From positions 124,001-188,000 of IMG/VR virus record IMGVR_UViG_3300043449_002710: 64,000 nucleotides of DNA. The stretch is one strand, 5' to 3'. The position numbers and the translations under genes are program-made. Every line of letters starts with the position of its first letter. The stretch's first letter is position 1. The notes beneath the pieces are model-generated. The model was not told the origin of the DNA and searched no databases. It saw only the letters and a program-made list of their open reading frames with translations. Positions 17,908 through 28,900 of this stretch are shown here, piece by piece.

Positions 17908-19270
17908 TCTCTTTCAGAGTTTGGATTTCTCCAAGCGAGTTGACGACCGCGATGTCATCCGAAAAAGCTTCCAAGGTTTTGCCTTCGCTTCCTAAGCCGC
18001 CTGCTCGATCGTTGATCGCAACCCCAAAGACTCTGACATCGGTTTCTTCCTTGAGGTTCAGGATCTCCTTGAGCTTGTGATCTTCAAACCGATATTCGTC
18101 GTCGGTGATAAAGATGATGTCAGCAGGTTTGAGTTCAGCGTCTTTTTTGCGCATCTCGAAAGCCGCTTTCAAAGGCCTATAGAAATCCGTACCGCCATCT
18201 GGGCCGAGTTGTGCGATCTGAATCTTGTCTTCCAAAGAGATCGAAACCGAGCGTGGAAAAAACCTCTGGAATTTGACTTCGGTATTAAACGCGATGAAGC
18301 CGAAAGCCCGCTTTTGTTTTGCGGCCAAAGTCATGAGAGATAAGGTGACGGCCTTAGCCCATTCGTCACGGCTACCTGCCATCGAGCCCGAGTGATCCAT
18401 CACGATAATGATCGGGCCACGCCCTAGCTGCTCAACACCTTTGAGGTTATAGACCTGAAGATTGCCCTCGATCATGTCTTTGTAGAAGAGCTTTGGGGTC
18501 CGTTTGAGTTTCATGAGTTCAGTCGGGACCAATCGTTCCAGGTCTGATCCCGGGCCAATGTCCACAATCTCGTCACTCCCATGCTGGTAAACCATGGCGT
18601 TAGCCGCATTGACCACGTTTTTGAAGCGACCGGCTAGATCCGCGATCCGCTTGCACTTGCCGGATTTCAGGATTTGATCGGCAAGCTCCAGCCGCTTTTC
18701 AAACGGCACCTGCTTCAATTCCTCAGGGTTGACCCCCCAAGACCGCATCGCGGTGTCCCATTCGTCTTGTGCTTCTTGAGCCTGATCCACGCCTTTACGA
18801 AGCGCATTTCTGAGATTACTCATCTCTTCTTCACTGAGCACGTCTTCTAAAATGACCTCGCCATTTTCGCCCGAGCCTTCACCGGGTTCGGGGATCTCAC
18901 CTTCTTCTTCTGCCTCGTCGATCTTTTTCTGAATATCTTGAAGTTGCTCAAGAACTTTTGGGGCCAAAGCGAGCGTACCAAAGGCCGAAGAGATCTCATC
19001 GAGCTGAGCCATCTTATGCGCTTGAGCGTACTCGGGCAGACGATGGAGCTGCTCGACCAAACCTCGTTGTGCGAGCGGGGCTTCCTCTTTAAGCTGCGGA
19101 GAGACTTTGTAGAGGGATTGAAAAACATCTTGAACCATAGCCTCGGTCTCGGGCTGGCCGGGCTGGATCAGTTCCCCCACTTTGGAGTGCTTAATCTCAT
19201 TAAATCCCAAGCGATCAATCGCATCGGTTTTGACAGCATTCAGGTTCGGTTTGGTTTCTTTCTTGCTCAT
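17861..19270 (-). CDS. VWA-domain protein (ViaA-like partner of MoxR ATPase)
   Basis: MIDAS DHSGSM, GGTDF, IIFITD. Confidence 0.9.
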   Translation of the reverse strand: MSKKETKPNLNAVKTDAIDRLGFNEIKHSKVGELIQPGQPETEAMVQDVFQSLYKVSPQLKEEAPLAQRGLVEQLHRLPEYAQAHKMAQLDEISSAFGTLALAPKVLEQLQDIQKKIDEAEEEGEIPEPGEGSGENGEVILEDVLSEEEMSNLRNALRKGVDQAQEAQDEWDTAMRSWGVNPEELKQVPFEKRLELADQILKSGKCKRIADLAGRFKNVVNAANAMVYQHGSDEIVDIGPGSDLERLVPTELMKLKRTPKLFYKDMIEGNLQVYNLKGVEQLGRGPIIIVMDHSGSMAGSRDEWAKAVTLSLMTLAAKQKRAFGFIAFNTEVKFQRFFPRSVSISLEDKIQIAQLGPDGGTDFYRPLKAAFEMRKKDAELKPADIIFITDDEYRFEDHKLKEILNLKEETDVRVFGVAINDRAGGLGSEGKTLEAFSDDIAVVNSLGEIQTLKEIVKKSASGKAEKKNA

Positions 19271-19335
19271 AAGTCAATATTATCAATATAAATATAAATA
19301 TCAATGAAAAATAAATAAAAAATAATCTAATGGAA

Positions 19336-19536
19336 TCAATTGCTTGCGGGTCTTTTTTCCTTGAGCCAATTGTGAACCCAAGGCTCATCCCACTCCGAGT
19401 CTGCTTCTGGACCGTAAACAATGGTGTGGGTTGCTTCTTGATAAAGGTCATGCGAGTATCTCACGTTGTTCACTTCGCAAAACTCGTGAACTAATTCCTT
19501 GGTGAGCATCTCCAGTTTTTGTTTCATGTAACTCAT
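19336..19536 (-). CDS. Small hypothetical protein
   Basis: ORF in operon position. Confidence 0.45.
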   Translation of the reverse strand: MSYMKQKLEMLTKELVHEFCEVNNVRYSHDLYQEATHTIVYGPEADSEWDEPWVHNWLKEKRPASN

Positions 19537-19539
19537 GAT

Positions 19540-20112
19540 TCACCCTTTGATGACTTTACTAATAGTCGGGTAATTTTTGAGGAGCGCTTGAATTTCAAGA
19601 TTAGTTCTTCGGACTAAAGCCGCCGCAAAAACAAACGTGCCTTTTCCATTCCTGAGTTCAGAATAGTTCTCAGCAATTTGGTTGGGGAGCAAGCTTTTAC
19701 CGATCGAGATCATCTCCCCAGATCGGCTCAAAAGAAAAACCTCGCCGTTAGATTTCTCAGGCTTAAATACAGCCATCTCTTGCTTGTACTCTGCGAGTAA
19801 AGCCATTACGTCTTTTTTGAGGTTTTCTGATTTGCCTTTGGGCGCTGAAACAAAAAGGCTATCCTCTTCGACTTTCTTCTCTTCTGGAGTACCTTTGTTC
19901 TCGATGAAATACCCATCCAGCCAATGATAGCCATAGCCTTTAGCCCTGACATCCGCCGCGAGCGCGAGGTTTCTTCGGATGTTTTCTTCGAGATCGTACT
20001 CCCCCCTGAAAGCGGTGAGAATGGCAAACGAACGATCTTCATTCTTCCACATTTCCCACACCCGAGAGAGTGTGGATGCGACCAGCCGGGTTTGTTTTAA
20101 GTTCAAAGACAT
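19540..20112 (-). CDS. Phage protein with C-terminal YP tag
   Basis: AILTAFRGE..N..L..D..GY..G.F.E..EDS block; ends YPTISKVIKG*. Confidence 0.7.
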   Translation of the reverse strand: MSLNLKQTRLVASTLSRVWEMWKNEDRSFAILTAFRGEYDLEENIRRNLALAADVRAKGYGYHWLDGYFIENKGTPEEKKVEEDSLFVSAPKGKSENLKKDVMALLAEYKQEMAVFKPEKSNGEVFLLSRSGEMISIGKSLLPNQIAENYSELRNGKGTFVFAAALVRRTNLEIQALLKNYPTISKVIKG

Positions 20113-20127
20113 ATAGCCCTCTTTCTT

Positions 20128-21000
20128 TTAAGATAAATGCTTTTTGATCGATCCGCTCAGGCTCTCAAGTTCCTCTTTCAAAGACTGAGCAGTCTGAACA
20201 AACAGGTCTTCATACATTTCGACTTTTCCCTTCAATTTCTTGAATCGGCGCAGATGGCTTTCCACACCGCGCTCGGTCGTGGGCGGGGTCTTGTCGAGTT
20301 CGGCTTTCTGAGCTTCCAAAGCGCCTTTGACTTCATTGACCAGAGAGTTCCACATGGATTTCTTGGCTTGAGCGGTATCAATGATCGGAAGCGTTCCCAA
20401 ATAGAAACCATCGAACTTGGCAAAGAGCGCCTGGAGTTTTTGGAACTGATCCATTTTGGAGCTTGGGATGAAATAGATCCCGCCGTTGTCGCGCACTGAG
20501 ATTCCTTCGCAATCGCCTTTGACGTAGTCCAAGACCACCTTACGGAAGTTGTCGGTATTATAAACGCCCTTCTCGCGCTCATAGCCTTCGATGATAGCGT
20601 CCTTGTTATAGCCGTCCACTTTGATCATGCCCGTCTTCTTGTCGAAAATGATCTGAGTGTCAGTCTTGAAGTCCACAGCGCGGTTAGCCACATCGACTGA
20701 CTGAGCTACGATCACAAATACCGTGTAGTCCTTGTCTTCCAAGATATTGCGGTGGAAAGAATTGGTGCGGTTGTCGGTTTCCTTCTGGATAGCTCTGAGG
20801 AGCGCCGACTTGTGACGAACCTTGTCGGCATAGTCTTCGTCGATGCCCACTTCTTTCAGGATCGCGATGAATGCTTCAAGAGGCATTTTCATCTCGTTGG
20901 CAGACCAGTACACGCAATTCCCGAGCAGCGGGTAGCCTTCAGCGGACTTGGCTAGGGTTTCACGATTGATGGTTTGGTTGGTTTTCTTGCTCATGTTCAT
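20128..21000 (-). CDS. DUF6744-like protein of the AAA/VWA module
   Basis: LLGNCVYW, VRDNGGIYFIP, C-terminal coiled coil; between AAA and VWA genes. Confidence 0.6.
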   Translation of the reverse strand: MNMSKKTNQTINRETLAKSAEGYPLLGNCVYWSANEMKMPLEAFIAILKEVGIDEDYADKVRHKSALLRAIQKETDNRTNSFHRNILEDKDYTVFVIVAQSVDVANRAVDFKTDTQIIFDKKTGMIKVDGYNKDAIIEGYEREKGVYNTDNFRKVVLDYVKGDCEGISVRDNGGIYFIPSSKMDQFQKLQALFAKFDGFYLGTLPIIDTAQAKKSMWNSLVNEVKGALEAQKAELDKTPPTTERGVESHLRRFKKLKGKVEMYEDLFVQTAQSLKEELESLSGSIKKHLS

Positions 21001-21021
21001 TTCTCCTTTATTTTTTTTTGG

Positions 21022-22134
21022 TTAGATCAGGCCTAGTTCTTCAGCCATGAACTTCTTATTCAGAGCTTCCATTTGAGAGATCGCCTGATCGAGTTTCGAG
21101 TTACTGACGCCGGGCTGTCTGAAGGACCGAAGCTTCTCTAAGCCCTTTTTGATCTTCTTGTGGGCTTCGATGTCTTCGATCTCTTTAGAGCGATAGCTGT
21201 TGATCACGTCACGGATACCATCGGTGATATCCATGATTTCCTGCCCGAGCGGGTTGGCGTACTTGGCAACAACTTGGCGGACCTTTTTGATCTCGTCAGT
21301 TTCGCGCCATAAGACATTTTCTAAGATCTCCAAGTCATCGGGTTGAACTTCAGAGTGTCCGTTCAAGTAAGCTTGAGCCTGAAGGACGGCGATGATCTGA
21401 GCCCACTTACGATCGGAGACGACTTGGCCTTGGCCACGAACTTCATTCCAGAGTTTGATGATGAGATCGATCGTGTCATCAGAGATCCCAACCTGAGAGA
21501 CTGCGTCTTGCTCAGCTTTGAGTTCTGACAGGCTCAGAGTAGGGAGAGCAGCAGGCTTAGAGGCTTGGATCTTGGATTTGAGGAGAGCCTTACGCGAAGC
21601 ATCGTCTTGAAGTTCAGAGACAAGGTATCTGAGCACAAAGCGGTCGTACATGGGAGCAAGCTCTTCAGAGTCAGGCAATTCGTTAGAAGCGCCGAACATT
21701 ACTTGAAGCGGGATCTGCTCGGGCTCAGAACCGTTGAAGAAGGTGCGCTCGTTCATGATCGGAAGCAGCGTGTTGAGTATCGAGGAAGAACCCTTAAAAA
21801 TTTCGTCCACGAATGCGATATCGGCTTTAGGGAGCTTGCCGGTAGTGACCCGAACATGCTGATCGGATTCCATGGCCTTGAACGAAACAGGCCCGAATAA
21901 TTCTTCTGGGGTGGTGAATTTCGAAACCTGCCAAGCGAAGTAGTTTCCGCCCAAGGCTTTGCACAAAGCATTGCACAGGGCCGATTTGCCAACACCCGGA
22001 GGGCCTAACATGAAAAGCATTTGGCGTGAGAGCAGGGCAACGAGCATCCCGTTGATGACCGAAGCACGCTCATAGAAGCTTTGGTTCAAGTGAGCTTGGA
22101 TATTTTGGATCTTCAGTTTACCTGACATAATCAA
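21022..22134 (-). CDS. MoxR/RavA-type AAA+ ATPase
   Basis: GPPGVGKS, TTPEELFGP, FVDEIFK, GASNELP, YDRF. Confidence 0.93.
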   Translation of the reverse strand: MIMSGKLKIQNIQAHLNQSFYERASVINGMLVALLSRQMLFMLGPPGVGKSALCNALCKALGGNYFAWQVSKFTTPEELFGPVSFKAMESDQHVRVTTGKLPKADIAFVDEIFKGSSSILNTLLPIMNERTFFNGSEPEQIPLQVMFGASNELPDSEELAPMYDRFVLRYLVSELQDDASRKALLKSKIQASKPAALPTLSLSELKAEQDAVSQVGISDDTIDLIIKLWNEVRGQGQVVSDRKWAQIIAVLQAQAYLNGHSEVQPDDLEILENVLWRETDEIKKVRQVVAKYANPLGQEIMDITDGIRDVINSYRSKEIEDIEAHKKIKKGLEKLRSFRQPGVSNSKLDQAISQMEALNKKFMAEELGLI

Positions 22135-22150
22135 TCACCTTCCTATCTCC

Positions 22151-22236
22151 AAAGTAGATTACGCGGTGCATAAAGTCAAAATAAATTTCTAAAGCACTCT
22201 CATTTTTTTTGTAAATCTAATAAAATCAATAACTTA
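22151..22236 (-). promoter_or_regulatory. Sigma70-like promoter with upstream IHF-consensus site
   Basis: TTGACT-17-TACTTT; AATCAATAACTTA at 22224..22236 fits WATCAAN4TTR. Confidence 0.6.
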
Positions 22237-22283
22237 GTTTTTTAGAGTGTTTAAAAAAGTTTGCGCGGGGATAAAATAGAAAC

Positions 22284-22320
22284 AAAAAAACCCGGTGAGA
22301 TTTCTCCCACCGGGTCTTAG
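22284..22320 (-). terminator. Rho-independent terminator
   Basis: ACCCGGTG...CACCGGGT stem with U-tract on minus strand. Confidence 0.8.
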
Positions 22321-22357
22321 TTTCCTTGTGTTGGAATAGGATATTTAGATAATACCC

Positions 22358-22813
22358 TTAATTAGGCTGTTGCATAGAAATTTTTGCTAAAGCTTCTTCA
22401 ACTTGAGTGACACGGTTGGCCAGAGCTGGAATCTCATTTGTCATCTTCAAAATATCTTCGAGAGCTTTGGTGTTCGGCGCAGAAGCTTTTTTTGTTGTTT
22501 CTTCCTCTTCACCTTCCTCTTCACCTTGGCTTTGGCGGCGTACCTGTTTGACCATGTCGGTAATAGGTACTTCCCACTTCATTCGAGTGACACCACCGCG
22601 ACGACCCACGATGAATTCACCTGCCCCAGCATCTGCCATTGCATCCAGCGTCTCTTCGATTTTGAGCTGCTGATTGACGATATAGTTTTTCAGATCCTCA
22701 ACCCGAGTTTCCCAGGTCTGTCGCTTGTACGTGGCCAAAAAGTCAAAAATCAATCGGCCTGTAGGGGTTTTAGAAATCGTTCTCAATTTATTTAAATTCA
22801 TGGCAAACCTCAC
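22358..22813 (-). CDS. Hypothetical protein, possibly DNA-binding
   Basis: FIVGRRGGVTRMKW; TTGACT-17-TAACCC promoter-like site at 22826..22854. Confidence 0.6.
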   Translation of the reverse strand: MRFAMNLNKLRTISKTPTGRLIFDFLATYKRQTWETRVEDLKNYIVNQQLKIEETLDAMADAGAGEFIVGRRGGVTRMKWEVPITDMVKQVRRQSQGEEEGEEEETTKKASAPNTKALEDILKMTNEIPALANRVTQVEEALAKISMQQPN

Positions 22814-22880
22814 TTCTTGGGAGTGGGGTTATCTGGTTTAAAAAGAAGAGTCAATAAGAAAAAAATTCTTAAAAAATAAT

Positions 22881-23147
22881 TTAATCTTTTATCTTTCTGA
22901 CCGTAGCCGGTTGCTCTTGATCCCCCCAAACATTTCGGACCAGAATAGGGCTAGAGGGCTCTGCTTGGATAATGTAGTTCGTGTTGAGGTAAGGCTTTCT
23001 CACCACGCCATCCGCATCCACAAACTCGATCTGAATCACTTCGTCATCATCTTTTCCGGCTAGCAATACTTTCGCGGCAGTGAACTCGTAGAAATCGAGT
23101 TCAATATTCCAGTATTCCCCGGGCTTCATGTGACGATTTAGACTCAT
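22881..23147 (-). CDS. Hypothetical protein
   Basis: ORF in operon position. Confidence 0.55.
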   Translation of the reverse strand: MSLNRHMKPGEYWNIELDFYEFTAAKVLLAGKDDDEVIQIEFVDADGVVRKPYLNTNYIIQAEPSSPILVRNVWGDQEQPATVRKIKD

Positions 23148-23157
23148 GTTTGTTTTT

Positions 23158-23646
23158 CTATTTTTTAACCAGCGCGCCTCTTCTGATGCACTGGGTTAAA
23201 TGCTTACAAAGGTGGGGTATGTGATGCGGGTTTGTTACATTAGGTGCCTTACCGTTGCTGTACTTGATGCTTGAGGAATCCTCCTGCGCATCGGCCACCT
23301 CACAATGAAAAAGATAATATTCACAAGAGCAAGAAACCCAGACCTTAGTATCTCGCGTAAAAGGCGGCGGATTGGCTGGACCAATATAAGGCACGCCTTT
23401 TTTCCTCAAATTAGGTGGGATATACATCGTCTTACCCCTACCACCCCAATAAAGGCGAAGCTCAAAACTTTTTGGTTTTTTTCCTGGCAGATTCGTTAAA
23501 GCCACTCCAGAAACAGATCGATAGTAGCCGTGGATATCTTTTCCGACTTTAACCGGATTGAATCTAATGGAGACCTTACTCGCGTTCGAGAGCAGAACCG
23601 GCCTATGAGATTGAGTCTGTCCTAAGAGTTCTTTTACTGTAAGCAT
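23158..23646 (-). CDS. SWIM-type zinc-finger protein
   Basis: VWVSCSCEYY...NP...LCKHL; GTTATTTTT upstream. Confidence 0.75.
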   Translation of the reverse strand: MLTVKELLGQTQSHRPVLLSNASKVSIRFNPVKVGKDIHGYYRSVSGVALTNLPGKKPKSFELRLYWGGRGKTMYIPPNLRKKGVPYIGPANPPPFTRDTKVWVSCSCEYYLFHCEVADAQEDSSSIKYSNGKAPNVTNPHHIPHLCKHLTQCIRRGALVKK

Positions 23647-23719
23647 CCCTTTAAAAATAACCTTCTCAGTTCAATGCTTCGATGTCTTGGTTTCCGTAAA
23701 ATTGGTAAAATTTAAGAGA

Positions 23720-25018
23720 ATGAAAAAGAACCCGACAGTAGAATTCCCAATAGCGCGAGCGATCCGAGAGCAGATTTTTAAGATTCCGCTTCTGCCTCAA
23801 GACCAGATCGTCGCTAGGTTCCAAGAACTGGATAGCGTACTGTACCCCCACGCTCTGAAATTGACAGAAAAATTTCCGCGTCTTCGGGACTATTTTCAAG
23901 AAGTCATGTTCCGAATCGCCTCGGGCAATACCCTGGGTAAAAATTACTACGACAAAGAAGACCATGAAGATGAAAAAGGGAAAAAATCCTCCAAGAAAAT
24001 CTTCAAGAACTCCGAGAAAAGAGTCCTAGCAAAGAGCTTTGCTTTATTTCGGTTGAAAAATCAACCCCAACGCTTCTGCTCTGTAGTGAAAGAAGCGGGG
24101 TTTCTCAGAGGCGTCTTTGAAGAAGCTATCGAGTTATTTTTGGAAATCACTCAAGGCTATACTGAGACCTTGGATGCGATGAGAAAAGCCGCCTTGGCTC
24201 ATTCCCCCGATTTCATCGAACTCGAAAGAAAAGTGCATTTCATAGAAAATGAGTTAGGGTTCTACAATTCTGACGAACTGGTTTTTCAGGTGGTGGAAAC
24301 AAATTCCGTTTGGAAGCAATACTCCAAACTCAGGGATAATCTGATCGCCCCCTATTTCCGAATGGTTTACACGATTGCTAAGAGCACTTCGACCTCCGAA
24401 GCGCAGACCCTAGACAATTTCCAAAACGGAATCTTTGGCTTGGTTCGGGCTGTCAAATGCTATACCCCCACCCGATTTGCCGCTTTTTCAGTTGTCGCAA
24501 AGACCTGGATCAAGCAATCCATCTTGCTCAACTTGAAAACCGAGGTCAATCTCATCAAGCTGCCTGTCGCGAATTGGCACCTCTATCAGAAGCTAGAAAA
24601 AATCCGACAGAAAATAGAAACAAAGATGCAACGAGACGCCACACTAGAGCAGATCTCGAAGGCTTCGAAAATCCCGTTAGAAAAAGTTCAAAAGATTTAC
24701 GAGAACGCCAAGCTCGTTCACGTCTTATCTCTTAATACCCCTAGTCAAACGGAAGACGAAAAATCCAATCAAGCCAAATGGAATTTGGAATCGATCCAAG
24801 CCAATGACACTCATCGAGAGCGGTTTGAGATTCAAAACGAATACGAATTGATTGAGCATGTGATTCATCTCTTTGATGAAGAAGAGCAGATCATCTTTGG
24901 CTTAATCTCAGGATGTTCGGATCTCATCCCAGAACCCGAGTTACCCCAGGAACTCATCCTAAAAGAATCCTTAAGGCAAAAAGCGGCCCGCAGGGGGCTC
25001 AGCGTTATTTTTAAATGA
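23720..25018 (+). CDS. RpoD-like phage sigma factor with degenerate region 4
   Basis: RMVYTIAK..DNFQNGIFGLVRAVKCY..FSVVAKTWIKQSI (region 2); IKLP..ATLEQIS..LSLNTP (region 3); no recognisable region-4.2 HTH. Confidence 0.82.
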   Translation: MKKNPTVEFPIARAIREQIFKIPLLPQDQIVARFQELDSVLYPHALKLTEKFPRLRDYFQEVMFRIASGNTLGKNYYDKEDHEDEKGKKSSKKIFKNSEKRVLAKSFALFRLKNQPQRFCSVVKEAGFLRGVFEEAIELFLEITQGYTETLDAMRKAALAHSPDFIELERKVHFIENELGFYNSDELVFQVVETNSVWKQYSKLRDNLIAPYFRMVYTIAKSTSTSEAQTLDNFQNGIFGLVRAVKCYTPTRFAAFSVVAKTWIKQSILLNLKTEVNLIKLPVANWHLYQKLEKIRQKIETKMQRDATLEQISKASKIPLEKVQKIYENAKLVHVLSLNTPSQTEDEKSNQAKWNLESIQANDTHRERFEIQNEYELIEHVIHLFDEEEQIIFGLISGCSDLIPEPELPQELILKESLRQKAARRGLSVIFK

Positions 25019-25030
25019 GAAGTGTGATGT

Positions 25031-25708
25031 ATGGATAAAGTAAAAGAACACAGCATTTTGGAAGCGGCTCAAGAGGCTTTAAAGCAAGCCAAGAAAGCCA
25101 AAGCTGAAGCCGAAAAAGAAGAGATCGACTCCTCGGTAATCCCAGAAACCAGAGAAATCGTAGGCACGATTGAAGGTTACCGACAACCCTTGCAGCCTTT
25201 GGTCTATTTGGAACAGCCCGCCCCTCCCGCTATCCCTCCCGCTCAAAAATTTGGGGACATCCCTGATCAAATCAGAGAGTCCGAGCAGATCAATACGTTT
25301 GAGGTCAAAAAGCATAACTTAGCTTCTGCCTTAGAGTCCTTGGAGCTAGCCGTGGCTTCCCACACCGCACTTCCCTCCCCAGACGCCGCTTTTGCAGTAT
25401 CGGGTTTGTCTGAGTTGGTCATGAAGCTGACAAAAGACATTGAGAAGTCTCAAGACCCAAAGAAGCTCTACGATCAGATCAATAGTGAAATTCTACAGAA
25501 GATGGTCGAGCACATCGTTTTCACGGTGGGCTCGGAGATGAAATGGCTCATCACAGAATCTCAGAAATTCGTGCCCACTGAAAAACAATCCCAGCTCACT
25601 GAGACGATTAAAAACGCAACTCGCAGGGTCGCCCCCTCCTTGAACGAGGTCTTGGAAATTGCCCAGACTCGGCTTTTAAAAACCCTCAATTTAAAGGAAA
25701 CCAAATAA
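25031..25708 (+). CDS. Helical protein upstream of terL (possible small terminase)
   Basis: Position and GTTATTTTT upstream; function inferred only. Confidence 0.4.
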   Translation: MDKVKEHSILEAAQEALKQAKKAKAEAEKEEIDSSVIPETREIVGTIEGYRQPLQPLVYLEQPAPPAIPPAQKFGDIPDQIRESEQINTFEVKKHNLASALESLELAVASHTALPSPDAAFAVSGLSELVMKLTKDIEKSQDPKKLYDQINSEILQKMVEHIVFTVGSEMKWLITESQKFVPTEKQSQLTETIKNATRRVAPSLNEVLEIAQTRLLKTLNLKETK

Positions 25709-25709
25709 A

Positions 25710-25934
25710 ATGTTTCCCACCAACTATGAAAATTTTTGGGACCTTTTAAAAGACGCGGATTTCGCACGTGGGTTTTTGACCCAATGCTACCATGAAGGGT
25801 TTTCTATCCACGGAATTAGGCATCCAGATGAAATTGAAGACATGCCTTGTACCTTGGTTGTGGAGCTTTCTAGGCAGATCTTGCCGTTTTACTACATGGA
25901 AAAAACCCCAAGCCCCAATTACTGGTTTCATTGA
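25710..25934 (+). CDS. Small hypothetical protein
   Basis: Coupled to flanking genes. Confidence 0.5.
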   Translation: MFPTNYENFWDLLKDADFARGFLTQCYHEGFSIHGIRHPDEIEDMPCTLVVELSRQILPFYYMEKTPSPNYWFH

Positions 25935-28900
25935 TGCGAAAGTCTAAAAAGTTTTTGAACCCAGAAGACCTACTGAGTCAGATCATCAGCAGTGATTTTG
26001 ATCTGTCTCAGTTTGACCAAATCGATGAAAGCCATATCCCACAGCCACCCAATTTCATCGATTGGATCACAGGCAGGGATTTCTGTAACGCAACCCTCCT
26101 ACCTTGGCAGGTTGAAGCCGGGATGCACCTGTTCTCAGATTACTGCCCAGAGTGTTCGAACCCAGAATACATCACCGAGCTATTTGATGAATCGATGGCT
26201 GAGATCCTCGATAACATCCAGTTCTTAGATCAAGGAGTTTGCCCCAAGTGCAAAAAGAATCGATTAGATCTTTTCACCTTGGGTGAAAAGCATCCGACAA
26301 AGCCATCGATTAAATCCGAGTTTATTGGAAATTTGGGCCAGAGAAGCGGAAAGACACTGGCCGAACACACCGAAGTTTTAACCCCCCAGGGGCCTGTTGC
26401 CATCAAAGATATCCAAATTGGGGATATCGTTTATGGCTGGAATCGAGACGGTTCTGTTTCTGAAACAAAAGTAGTCAATAAATTTGATCACGGTATTAAG
26501 CCTGTTCGAGACCTGATTTCTAGGGGTAGGGTACTGGCTTCTTGCACCGACGAGCACCGTTGGCTTACGTGCAGAACCAGTCGTTATGGAAAAGGAACTA
26601 GAAAACAAAGAAAATCAGATTTTTTAGAGTTAAAACTCAAAGACTTCAAGGATAACAAAGATATCGCGATTCATCGTAAATTGATCAAGATTCCTTGTGG
26701 GGAAGTTTCGGAACCCCATGCTTATGCGATTGCGGCCCTTCTTGGAGATGGGTGCTCCCGTCAAGGCACCTCAAATACGATAGATATTTCTTCAGGGGAT
26801 CAAAATGTCCCTAAAAAAGTAGCGTCTGTACTCGGAGCACAAACAATTAAACGAAACTGGGAAGATAACTATACTTGGCATATTCGCGCAGGAGATACTT
26901 ATAGCAGGGAAACATTGAACTGCCACTATTACGCGGAATGGTGCAAGGGTAAATATGCCCACGAAAAGATATGCGATCTTGAGACAATAAAAACTTGGGA
27001 TCGTGAAAGTTGCCTAGAATTCCTCGCCGGACTGATCGACACGGATGGTTCCGTACATGGAACTGGGAGACTAATTGTTGCTTTTGGTTGCCAATCCAGG
27101 TCAGTCGTAGAAGCATTCGCCTATTTGGTTTACCGCCTTTTTCAATACAAGCCAGCAATCCACATGGATAACAGACCGAAATACTTCAATGGTCCAATAT
27201 ATCAGGCAAAGGTAAACTCTACTTTTTTTGCTAAAAGAATTTTGAAAGAGATTGATCCTTATTTGGCGAGCCCAAATAGAAAATGGAAACCCGAATACGA
27301 AATGATTGGGAATCATAACTCCCATTCAGATTATACGAAACCCCAAGCTGGTGAACCCTACCTCTGTCAGACTTATGATATTGAAGTAGGGAATGAAACC
27401 AATCTTTATGTTTTGGCCCACGAAGGTCTTATAACGCACAATTCAAAAATGGTCGCGTTGTCCACAAGCTATCAGCTCAATCGCTGGTTGAGTCTTCACG
27501 ACCCGCTAGGCTTTTATGGGCTACCTCGGATGGAAGTGATCTTGGGGACTTTTTCCGCGCTCTCCGCAGAGCAAGCTGAAGAAAACCTCTGGATGCCATT
27601 CAAGGGATTAATCGACGCATCGCCTTGGTTTAAAAAGTACAATGATTTCCTCAAGTCGGAGGAGAAGCGTCTCTCCATTCCGCTTTGTGACGTGAAAGAC
27701 ACCTATATGTTCTATCCGCACAAAAGACTTCTGATCTCTTTCACAGGATCGGATGACCGGAAAAAACGCGGTCGGACTCGATTGTTTGGTGCGATTGACG
27801 AAATCGCTTTCTTGAATTCGGAAGTCGGGACTTCCAAAAAGAAGGTGATGGATGCGGATAAAAACTACGCCGCTCTCAACAACTCTCTTTCCACCATCCG
27901 GCAAAAGGCATTGATGCGATTGGCAGAGGGGCATTTCAATACGATCATGCCCATCATGTATAACGCCTCCTCGCCTTATAACGTCCAAGACAAAATCATG
28001 CGGTTGACCAAATCAGCCCCAGACAATCCCTTTGCGGTAGTGATTCACCGAGCTACTTGGGAGTCGAATCCAGACTACTCAGAAAAAACCTGTCGCGCCA
28101 TCAACCCAGGCCTTTCTCAAGTCGAGTTCGAGCGCGACTTTGGTGCAATCCCCCCGTTTTCGGATTCCCCCTATATTGGGGATGCTCGGGTGATGGAAAA
28201 GCTCTGCGCCCACAAAGATCACTATCGACCTCTTTTGAATGTGACTCGCGAAGTCCATGTCGATATGCTTGGAGACAAATATCTCTTTTTAAGAGCCAAG
28301 GCGCATCAGCTCGATAAGAATACGCCAAGGCTTTTGGCACTCGACAACGGGTACAATCAGAATGCGTTTGGTGCGGCGATCTTTGGCTATGATTCGATTC
28401 AAAAAAAGCCTGTGCTTCAGTTTTTAGTGAGCCTCTACCCAGATCCTCAATCCAATCTCTCGATTCATTTCCCATCGATGTTCGAGAATTTTATTTTGCC
28501 GATTATCCAAGGCCTCAATATTAAGCACGTCTTTTATGACCGCTGGCAGTCCCTTGATCAGATCCAGCGGTTAAGAGATATGAAAATCAACGCCGAAGCG
28601 CATTCGCTTTCTTTTGAGAAAGACATGCTGCCTTTCAAGCAGCAGCTTTTGTCTGGGAACATGGTGCTACCACCACTAGAGATCGCATCCATGCAAGAAG
28701 TCAAAGATGCGGTCAACCCCACGCAGATGACAACAGATAAACCGGTGGCCAATTTGATCTGGCAAACGCTGACTGTGAGACAGGTCGGTAAAAAAGTCTT
28801 AAAGCCTTTGGACGGGGATGACGATCTATTCCGAGCTTTTGTACTCGGGGGATCTCGCTTTTTGTCAGACGAGATCCAAAGAATTTATGCAACTTATGCT

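Noticed and set aside
26354-27442. Class 3 intein assignment
   Set aside because: Block F position 4 is Asp, not the required Cys.
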